From Octopus sinensis (lineage: Eukaryota), in NCBI RefSeq assembly GCF_006345805.1, contig NC_043000.1, positions 70,556,001 through 70,620,000 of the forward strand: a DNA stretch of 64,000 bases, read 5' to 3'. Each line of letters opens with the position of its first letter. Within the stretch, counting starts at the first letter, position 1. This document shows positions 24,830-34,758 of the stretch, one piece after another. The notes below the pieces were generated by a model. The model was not told where the DNA came from, searched no databases, and saw only the letters and a program-made list of their open reading frames with translations. Both the position numbers and the translations under genes were made by a program.

Positions 24830-25620
24830 ATCTGGTTAAGCTTGCTTGAATTCCTGAATGGCTCACACTCTCACCACCAGGATTCTGCATAGCATTTGAA
24901 AGGTCAGCTGGGCAACATCATCCTATGTTTGAACTGGTTACATTAGATGGCTGACCCATTTATATCCATATCAGGGTGTCAATAAGACTGCATCACTCAT
25001 GAATTCATGCTTACCTCTCCAATAATGCCCTGCAAAATGCATGTATCTCTCTACTGATATCAGTGATGGAAAGAAGACTGTTGTTCAATCTTTGTTTTGG
25101 TCTGATACTTTTTCCTTGAGATATTCAGAACAACCAAAAACATGTGAATATAAGCACCATCAAATGTTGCCTCCATGTGTTTGGTGAATGGCAATGGACC
25201 TACACAGCAGTACTGATTCCACAGTAGCATGGAAGAGTCTTCTTTTAAGATCATCAAGCAGTGATGACTTCCAGATGAAACAGAGGCCATCAAGAAACAC
25301 CCATTAGCAAAACAAAATTTTACATCCTTTTTTATAGATGCAATCCTACTTCTTAAGTATACAAAGGAGTCTACAGATTTTAGTGGGTGCTATGTTATTG
25401 CATTTATCGAACCTTCCTAATTACAGCAGATGTACACAGTCTTGTGGACACTGACATATCAGTTGCCACATTTTCAAGGTCAGAGAAGATGTCTGTGAAA
25501 AGAATGTCATCAGTATTACATGTATCTGATGTTGTGGCTGGGTGATGGAGTGGGAGAGGGGCAGAGTTATTTAATTTCGTCAACAGAAGTGTGAAAAATG
25601 TAGCCCAGGCAGATAAGATT
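24830..25620 (-). mobile_element. Decayed LINE (RTE/RTE-X-like) RT and C-terminal fragment
   Basis: Minus-strand NTDDIL (YADD-like), IWKSSLLDDLKRRLFHATVESVLL and FAGHYWR. Confidence 0.65.
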
Positions 25621-25786
25621 TTCCATATTTAGTATGGTTCAAACTGACAATAAAGCAAACAAAAGGAAATGTTCTTCCCCAGCTTCAAGCTATAAAGCCA
25701 ACCAATGTAGCAAAGTTGATTTACAGCATGAAAATTTTTGAAGAGATCAGATGTTTTACTGAAAAAGAAACAAGCACAACACTTAC

Positions 25787-25888
25787 CTTTCTTAGCTGCT
25801 GGGGTTTTTCTTTGCCTTTTTATTGGTGGAGTTACATCGACATCTAATGGTAGTTGGCCCTCATTATCATTAGGATACTTTCCAGAAA
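25787..25888 (-). CDS. PHF8: Exon, 102 nt, phase 1-1: SGKYPNDNEGQLPLDVDVTPPIKRQRKTPAAKK
   Basis: Acceptor tttttctcAG, donor AAG/GTAAGT; symmetric exon. Confidence 0.85.
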
Positions 25889-26079
25889 CTGAGAAAAATT
25901 GTAAAAGTTCATCAAAAGAACACTCTAAGACTCAACATCAAAGTTGAAATTTTTGATTAATTTTCATAAAAATGTTAATGGTTATTTTTGTTAAAAGATG
26001 TGAGAGAGAGAGAGAAAGAGGGGCTATAGTCAAATAAAAAGTTAATTAGGTATTACAGACGTAGTAGAAAAGGAATTTT

Positions 26080-26454
26080 TCTTAAAGTATTTAAAATTTT
26101 GGAGATGTACTTGCATAGCAAGTGACTTAATCTGAGATTGTGTGCTGAAACAAAAACAATTGCAGTATAGAAGATATTTGTAAGTCATTCAAGAGCACAA
26201 AAAAACTGTTAGTTTCACTTCAACATTTAATTTTCATTTGTGTCAAAATATTTTCATCGCTTTCAAACCGCAACCTGTTCACTGACAAAACTTGGCGCTG
26301 CATCTGAAAGAGTAGCAGTTAGTTCATGGTGTGTGTGTGTGTGTATGTGAGCATGCACGCGCGAACACACACACACCATGAACTAACTGCTACTCTCTCA
26401 GATGCAGTGCCAAGTTTTGTCAGTGAACAGGTTGCGGTTTGAAAGCGATGAAAA
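26080..26454. repeat. Interspersed repeat (related copy at 55348-55790) with a locally inverted-duplicated end forming a 90-bp-arm hairpin
   Basis: 26080-26340 is the reverse complement of 55348-55620; 26365-26454 is the reverse complement of 26251-26340 with 2 mismatches. Confidence 0.85.
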
Positions 26455-26639
26455 CATACATACATACACACATACATACATACATACGTGCGTACATACG
26501 TATGTATGTATGATCTTCCATGTGCTCTTGAAATTGCTTCTGTTCTAAACTTTCAATTGGTGATGATACAAATAAGCAACCACAAAGTGAACATCACAGC
26601 CAACTGATGAACCAAGCTGCAAAGAGCTGGCTTTGATTA

Positions 26640-27403
26640 AGAGTGACCAGGAACATAGACAAAGGGACAGTGCCCTGAGCTTGTAGGATGACAATGTCAA
26701 GAAAATAATTCAAGCATACAAGTTTATGCATATTACTTCATGGTTTGTAATAACTACATCAGCCACTTGCAATGTTGTAAAGATTTATTCCACCAGCATA
26801 CAGTCGATATAAACACCACAAAGAGTCCAAGAGACATGTATGAAAGCACTCAAGATGCTCTGCCAGAACTTATGGAAAGCCAGATCACTTCAACATCTTC
26901 ACTTGCAATACTGCATGGACAAATAGACAGCTACATATTGGATGTTCATGTGTCAGAAGTCAGAACAATTTTTACACGAGTACCGAAGGTGGAAAAAGTA
27001 AGTGTGGCAAAATCAACAATTGTCAAGAATATTCAGTTTTTAGAAAGGAAAGTATATTTTACTTTGATGTATCACAAGGCACTGGAAAACATTTCTCACT
27101 AATCTGTTGACTTGTGGACAAAAAAGTTTGTCAACTTGAAGTTGCTTCTTTTGGAATTGCAGCAACTATTTTTGGATAGCTATATTTTGGATAATCATGA
27201 GTTGGAAGCCAAAACAATTTTTATGCGAGTGCTAAAGATAAACAAACCAAGAATGTTGTTTATTATGAAGCCCTTAACTGAAAATTTACTAATCTCTGTC
27301 TTGCCAGAAGCACTCGTTTTTAATTATATATCTCTGTAACAATCAATAGCAGGAACAAATTGCCATAAAATTAGGTTTCCCAAGAAACGCCAGGTACACT
27401 GTT
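26640..27403 (+). mobile_element. Helitron Rep/helicase remnant, heavily deleted
   Basis: Across frameshifts: LFHQHTVD, SPRDMYESTQDA and TYGKPDHFNIFTCNTAW (Helitron Rep YGxPDLFITFTCNPxW); QLHIGCSCVRSQNNFY and KTKNVVYYEALN* (PIF1 helicase C-terminus). Confidence 0.7.
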
Positions 27404-28614
27404 AATAATAGAAGTTTCTTTGAAAGGCATCAAATCAAAAATGACTGGTACAATTTTTCTCCAAACATTACCTACAATCAGCTCTACTCAAATGAATTTA
27501 CTATACATAGGCAGATTAATGATCCAATCATTAAAACAATTTAGAGCAAACTTCAGATTTATAATTTCTAAAGATATTATTGTAAATCTAACAAGAGAGA
27601 GATTCCAAAAAATTGTTATAGACTAGGGCTAGAAATATTTTTTTTACATAGAAGTAAAATGTCATTTGGTGGAAGCCAACTTACAAAAGTCAGAAAATTT
27701 ACTATTTATCAACATGTTAACAGAGAATACACAAATACATGAAAAAGGTCCTGAACTAGTGATTTTTTAGCTTGTAGAAACTACCTTAATTCCTTTTGCA
27801 AGAAATATAATTTGATAGAGTGGTATCTCAATCAGGGAACATTTAAATATCACCTGCCTAATGCCACAAAAACTGGAGATGAGCATTAGTTTTGTGAACC
27901 ACAGAGGTCAACAAAAGAACTAAAAAAATGATACAAATAATGTTATTAACTTATGTAAAAAACAAAAAACAGAGAGTGAGAGATTAATAATCATAAGAAT
28001 AAAAATATGAAACCTATGAAAGATTAAAACTAACACTACATGACAAATAGAAATACAAAATAAATGGAAGTACAGAAACTTCAGCCATTATCATATAATT
28101 TTGGATTGTAATACAGAAAACTTATATTGTAAAATTAACACGATACTTAAGGATATTCTTTATAATAATATTTCAATATTTCAATATAATAATTTTTAGA
28201 CACTTCATAAAATTTTTTATCAAATAGTCTTAATAACCTAAGCCTTTTCATTTATTTAATTCATCAGAATCTCCAAAGTAACAAAATCACGGTTCCAAAA
28301 GATACCATCTAAAACAAAATTTTTCATAATGGGACATTTTATCCAGAGCTTACTCCCATATCATGAATAATACCTATTTTGGAATTAAGCAGAAACAAAA
28401 GGGGTAACATATCTTTCTAAAGAGAGCAATAAAAATCTAATAATCCATGTACTAATAACTGATATAAGACAGTTACATGGAATCTAAACCTGATCATCAC
28501 TTTATACATTTCTTCAACCTTCTCAATACTGGAAGAATGCAATATTTTAAAGCTCATGATAAATTAGATAGTATGAATTATTTTTGGAGTAATCATCAAA
28601 TAATGAAGACTTAC

Positions 28615-28808
28615 ATGATAACTTCAACTTCAGTGATCCTGGTTTCATTGTTGTGTGAGAGTTGTTCTCACCAGGTTTGCTTTTTTTCCGGACAGTTGGA
28701 GATTCATCAACAACAAGTTGATCTGGATCACTATCTCCATCATCATCAAAATCAGTCATAAGAGGTTGGAATTTCCCAATATTCAGTACATCTGGTTTAA
28801 CATTATCA
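28615..28808 (-). CDS. PHF8: Exon, 194 nt, phase 2-1: DNVKPDVLNIGKFQPLMTDFDDDGDSDPDQLVVDESP...GSLKLKLS
   Basis: Acceptor ttttttgaAG, donor T/GTAAGT; overlaps ORF-track 28547..28759. Confidence 0.88.
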
Positions 28809-29127
28809 CTTCAAAAAACAAAGTGCAAGTCAATAAATAAGCCATCTTCACCATGTTTTGACTGAGGGAATCGATAAAGGAGGAAAGATGAGATTTAAAG
28901 GCTTTAGAATTTAGTTTCTTAATTATGATACATACAGATAAATTGAACAAATGACTTTTATATGTGTGTTTAGATACAGTCATAAAGTTAATTAGTATTA
29001 AGAAAAAATATTAGGATAAAAAATTATTAGAATCAGGGTGACAAAGTTAACATGGATAAGTGTCACAGAAACTTGGTTATAAGTCACTAGTTTACATGCT
29101 TACCTAGTTGTAAATGTTTTGTATATA

Positions 29128-29371
29128 CAGGGTGGTGCAAAAGCAGGTATACAGTTATGAAAAAAAACATGTACAATGCTCATTTATTTTTATCAAAAAA
29201 ATTACAAGTTATGATAAAAGCATTATTATAGTTATGATAAAAGTATTATTGTGATTAATTACACTGAAAATATCAAAAATTAAGCTAACTAATTTAATGT
29301 GCTAATAATTTTAATGAATTAAATATTATAACATTGATGTGATACTGAATACCTACTTTTGCATCCCCCTG
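29128..29371. mobile_element. Tc1/mariner MITE
   Basis: TA then cagggtggtgcaaaagcaggtatacagt; the right end reverse-complements to cagggggatgcaaaagtaggtattcagt. Confidence 0.75.
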
Positions 29372-29594
29372 CATACCATAAAAATGGTTAAATGACAAGT
29401 GTATACAATAACGATTCTATAATTGGAAGAATAACAGAGATTTAAAGACATTATGCAAGGTAGCTCTGTTCTATTCAAAGTAATATTTGATTAGATGTAA
29501 ATAAAGTGGCACAATGGGTTACTACCACTTAAAAATCACAGGGGCATAATGAAGTATAACTGAGCTCTACAGAGAAATAGCTGGAAAAATTTAC

Positions 29595-29758
29595 CCAACA
29601 ATTCTTCCATTTGAAACCTTCAATTTCAACGATGAAATATCAACAGGGTTCAAATTTTCTTCTTCCTCTTTCACAGTTTTCAGTACATTGTCAATAAAAG
29701 CTCCAGCCTTAGGAATACGCATCTTCAGACTTGTTGGTGGAGGAGAAGGAGGATCATC
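29595..29758 (-). CDS. PHF8: Exon, 164 nt, phase 0-2: DDPPSPPPTSLKMRIPK...SSLKLKVSNGRIV
   Basis: Acceptor tttctaatatAG, donor GG/GTAAAT; open frame in phase with both neighbours. Confidence 0.88.
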
Positions 29759-30965
29759 CTATATTAGAAATAAAAAATACTATTAAAGTGGTAGATTGGA
29801 ATTTATAAATGTTTATACTTCTCCTATTTTTTGTATGATATTTTTCTTGAAATACAAAACATTGATTTAACCATTCAGTAACTTCTAAAGATTCAAGAAT
29901 AATAGTTGAACCCATTATGTTGATGAAGTTTTATCTTAATATGACCATAAATTCGTTTGGTTTACTCTAGTACAAAAGAGCAACAGAAACACAAATAAAG
30001 ACTGGTTACATTATCATAATTTGGACATTTAACATCCAAAATCCTGAACACAAGATATATTAATATCTTGTTGCACCAGATAAGGAGATAAACTCATGCA
30101 AGAAAAAAGGCTTTCTGACAACAGAACAGGAGATAACTCATGACTAGTGTTCCTTATGAAATTTCCCTCAGATGAAAGGCAAGAGTCCAAAATGTTACAT
30201 TCTTCACACCTCATGGCAAATGGAGCTAATCAACCTCTTTTATGAACTCATCAATAGATTTAGTAACCCTGAAAATTTCTTATGATCATTCAGAAGCCAT
30301 TTTACAATTGTAACTAGTGGCACAAAATTTTGGTGTATAATAACTAAATTTGACAAATTAGATCTTCACATATTTTTTTTAATTACGCATAGTAAATGGT
30401 ACACAGCAACTATTTCTGAAGTGAAGTTGAAGACTTTCTCTTTTGGAAATACTTTTATAAACAAACCGAATCAGTGATGCTATGCTGCAAATATTCCTGA
30501 TCTTCAAAACCCACATGAAAACCCAAACAGATATTTAATGACATTACGATATCACTGAAAAAGAAATGGAAGATTTTCTATAATACATGATTGAGATGAG
30601 AATACACCAGCATATTATCTATCCAGCTGGGAGAGAATATTTTTTCAAAAACAGTTTGAAAATTTAAAGGCATATCTTATCAACATCAAGTGATCCTCCA
30701 AAGAACAGTCCAACTCATGTTAAACTTACCTACACATAGGTAAGTTTACATGACTGGGACTGTTTTTTCAGAAATGACTTAAGTATCACACTTGTTTTGA
30801 TATAAGAAAGCAATTAGCTTCTTCTGTCATTTGTGCTGAGGGAAATGTAAAGGAAAATAAGTACAATCATCAGTTATCAGATGTGAAGCAACAACACACA
30901 ATTAAAGAAGGGAAAATAAAAATAAAAACTTTAGCCAGCAAACAAAGCAAAATTATTTCACTCAC

Positions 30966-31136
30966 TGAAAAAGCATAAACGTTTTTGTGCTCTTCATTTT
31001 TGTGTTCTTGTTTCTGAAGTTCTTGAAGTTTCTCTGTTGTATGCTGATGAAGGATGTCAAGGCTTTCCATCTGCTTTGGGGTAGGAATATTCTTCTTTCG
31101 CTTTTTTCTCTCAATTTTAGGTTTTAAGGCAGTCTT
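30966..31136 (-). CDS. PHF8: Exon, 171 nt, phase 0-0: KTALKPKIERKKRKK...[16 protein letters not shown]...VYAFS
   Basis: Acceptor ggactAG, donor TCA/GTGAGA. Basic NLS-like stretch; LDILHQHT resembles PHF2 LDLLEAHT. Confidence 0.82.
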
Positions 31137-32152
31137 CTAGTCCAGACAAATACGTCATTGATTAGATAATTCATATACCAAATGAAAATATGGCAACAGT
31201 TATTTTCCTTATTATATATAAGAAATTAAGTTAATATGAAAGGTGCACAACAAAAGCTGAATAAAATAACCCACCATAACATGATACAGCAACAGCTAAT
31301 TAAAGTCTTCAAAGAGACAATGCAACTATTTAAGGAGTACATTATTTTTGCAAATCATATATATTACAGTAGAATTTCTAATGATTTTAAACTTTATTTA
31401 TCCATATTTGCCTTTCAGTAAAACAATTAATGACTAGACAAATAAGTTTGCAACTTTTTTGTAGGTAGAGCCTACAAAACTGGAGGCAGAAGGTCAGAAG
31501 TTCTGCCCTTCTCCTCTTAGACATAAGAGGATTGAATTAGATGGTAGATTAAGTCAATCACTCCAGAACAGACAGATTTTTTGCACAATTTCTATCTACC
31601 CCCACTTTCACTTACACAGCTGAGTCAACTCAAAGCTATTGTATAAATCTCCTCAAGAAGTTGTCAAGCACAATCAAACCCACAAACACATAATGCTGTC
31701 ATAGTGAATACCATATACAATTATGATAGATATAAAAACAGAAAAACAGAATTGTCATATTTTATTTTACCATGTAAATATTAACCTGTATTAAAGTAAC
31801 AGTTTGGGCTACAACTATACAGGAACTTCAATTTGTCACTGAAATGACTGTTGAGACTTTGAAGAAATATTAGATAATGTATTTAATTTATAGTTAATAT
31901 CTTTATATAACAAATCAACTTCTATTATCTAGAAGAAATGTATTTAGAGAATAGTCATTAAGTTGCAAGATTGTGTAAAAATTGTGGAACAAATATTGTG
32001 AATAATAAACATTAAAACCATAAAAGTTTTTTTCTGTTTAAACAGCTGAATAAAAGATAAAAGAATCTATTTCAGCTGCATTTTCTTTAAATAAAAATAT
32101 ATTAACTGGAAGTTGAAAACAGTAATGCAATTATTAGAAATGAAGTATTTAC

Positions 32153-32248
32153 CTGAACTTCAAAATTCCGAGACACTTTTACAAGTTCTTTGAGAAGTTT
32201 ACCATATTGGATATGTTCAGGAACATCATGCTTTGCACTCTTAGCAAA
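32153..32248 (-). CDS. PHF8: Exon, 96 nt, phase 0-0: FAKSAKHDVPEHIQYGKLLKELVKVSRNFEVQ (C-terminal half of Jumonji helical domain)
   Basis: Acceptor ttttcAG, donor CAG/GTAAAT. Aligns without gaps to recalled PHF8 [27 protein letters not shown] and PHF2 [20 protein letters not shown]. Confidence 0.88.
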
Positions 32249-34184
32249 CTGAAAATTTGTTAAAATCAAATAAGAATCCAAATGTTAGTAAATCTCTCAC
32301 AGTAAATAAATAGTCATGTGGTTCAAATTAAACAATATTGAACTATGTTCTTGAATCAAACTTAAAGTAGTAACACTGGGTGTTAATTATCTGAAAATAA
32401 GAACATTAACATGTATTCTAGATTAACTTTGTTGTAATTTAATGTTGCAACCACATTGGAGATAAAGGTGATGAAGCCATGATGAACACTCTTGAATAGT
32501 AAATTTTGTAAAGAAATAAACAAAGTAAAATATTTTAAAATACTGATTCTATTTTGTCTATAAAGAGAGAAAGAGAACAGATGTTCTGTTTTGTTTCTGC
32601 CGATAGATTAGATAATAATTTCCATCTCTTTTTATCTACAACTGGATATAATCTTTTACATTAAGAACTTGATTTTTACTGACCAATAGAAATAAATTCA
32701 CGGCGATGCTGATTACCTCATTTGAGACACAACTAGTATAACACAACTAAATTAAAAACTAATTTAATTATTGATTTAAAGAATTGAAGTAAACATTATT
32801 GTACAAATTTAATAAATGTATTCTTTTCATGATAAAAAAACTGCCTCTTCCATATCAGCATTTATGTCTCTTTATTGGAAATGCTACAATCACTTCAGTT
32901 TGGGTTTTTTTAACTCAATAACACCACACGGCTATTGAATCTAATAATTAGTATTCTATGTAAAAATGTTTTCTGTATAATTGCATATTAAATAAGCTAT
33001 CTGAAAGGACTGTAATTGATGACTAATGATATTTCAAGATTTCATCTAATTCTGATTTTCCTTGTAGCTTTATATCACACACACAGTCACTCAAAAGAAA
33101 GTTATCATTGCTGGTGTAACATTGTGACAGATGTTCAAAAAGTACACATCAAGAACTTTAATAATGTTGCTCACAGCATTCTACTTTTTTTTTTTTTTTT
33201 ATAAACATAATACATAATGCTTCTGTCCCTGTATAGAGTTTATCACTTATCATTGTGACCCATAGTGATAAATGGATACACTAAGTCTTTATGAAGTCCA
33301 ATAAAGGCTATTTGATTTCACTTGAGGCTAAATGAAGTAAAAGTTTGTAAATTTATATAGATATTGTTGACAAAACAGGAAATAAACCTTAATATTAGTT
33401 ACACTTATCAATATTGAAACTTTTCAGTCAAATGAGAAATAGAAAGAAACAAATAAAGAAAAAAGAAGAATCATACATAAAGACGTGTGTGTGTACATAA
33501 TACGAAAAAAAAAATTAATAAAGTATTTCAGGAAAAATATAATAGCTAATTCAACTTAAGTTTATTATTCATTAGTTTGTAACATGATTAAAATATTTAA
33601 AAATTGCAAAGAAAAAGTACAAGGTAAAAACAAAAATATGTAAATATATTAAAATAGCTAAACATTTCCCCATAAATATTTTCTAAGCAATTACAAACAG
33701 AATAAATAGTTGATGTACTTACTCATAAATAATTCAATTTTCAGTCTGAAATTCATTATACAATAACAATTTGCCAACTGGTAAGTGATATGTGTTAGTA
33801 GTTGCAGATGATAAAGATATAACTAATGCAGAAGCCTAAGAAATGGGGAGGATTAACAGGGGATATATTAAAAGATATTAAAAAAACCCACCTAAGCTGG
33901 CATGCAGAGATGGGCTATCACCATTACTGACTTGATTATGAACAGACTGCACCAGACTGAGCACAGAATTGACAAACACAATAGACTTTAGCATAACAGT
34001 TATGAGCAAGTTATAAAACACACATACACACACATGTATATCTTTCTGTATGTGTGTAAACACATTTAAAATTCACAGTTCTCAGTAATGTTCAAAATTT
34101 ATTTGCTGTTATGATGGTAAAAATCAAAAGTTTAAGTCAAGTATTTATTCTATTGGTTACCTTTTGACAAATTGCTAAGTTATG

Positions 34185-34400
34185 GGGATTTAAACAAACC
34201 AACACCAGTTGTCAAGCAATGAGAGAAACACAAAGTATACACACACACACAAAAGGCTTCTGCACAGTTTCCATTTACTATATTTATTCATAAGACTTTG
34301 ACTCAGGGTAGTCATAGATGACACTGTGCCCAAAGTGCCGTACAATGGGACTGAATCTGAAACGTGGTTGTGAAGCAAGCTTAAACACAACCATACCTGC
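34185..34400 (-). mobile_element. tRNA-derived SINE, 5' part
   Basis: Reverse complement of the head gcaggtatggttgtg...aaccacgtttcagattcagtcccattg seen at 51.9 and 63.7 kb. Confidence 0.6.
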
Positions 34401-34666
34401 AACTCAGACATATAAATGTAGATGAACACAATGATATTAAGACCATGCCATATGAGTGAGGCATCAAAATACATTAGATACAGTGTGAATGATTTCACAA
34501 CCATTATTGTGTGAGAGAGAGTGCATGCTTATTTTACATCATGTGTAGGTTTGTTTCTGATGATTTGGCTAATTTTTAGAGATGTTTTTCATGTGTGCAT
34601 ATAAAGTATTAAGTGCATGTGTGTGAAAATACAGCTGTTATAAAAAAATACTGTGTATCTACATTG

Positions 34667-34758
<92 letters not shown>

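Larger units (their letters stand above)
6505..32248 (-). other. PHF8: Multi-exon gene, 3' part: KDM7/PHF8/PHF2-family histone lysine demethylase (14 coding exons here; 5' PHD and JmjC exons not found in window)
   Basis: Hand-spliced exons give a continuous 4275-nt frame with GT-AG introns and matching phases. Motifs resemble my recollection of human PHF8/PHF2: DVPEHIQYGKLLKELVK (JHD), [72 protein letters not shown]. The symbol denotes the family; no single vertebrate paralogue can be chosen without a tree. Confidence 0.92.

Noticed and set aside
25015-25029. 15-nt in-frame microexon-like segment (GHYWR) with a GAG/GTAAGC donor
   Set aside because: It is the FAGHxWR motif of a decayed LINE. 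The pyrimidine tract is poor and several AGs lie between the branch point and acceptor.
33892-33956. Exon-like segment with an AG/GTGGGT donor
   Set aside because: No acceptor gives a frame-preserving length, the pyrimidine tract is weak and there is no similarity to the JHD.
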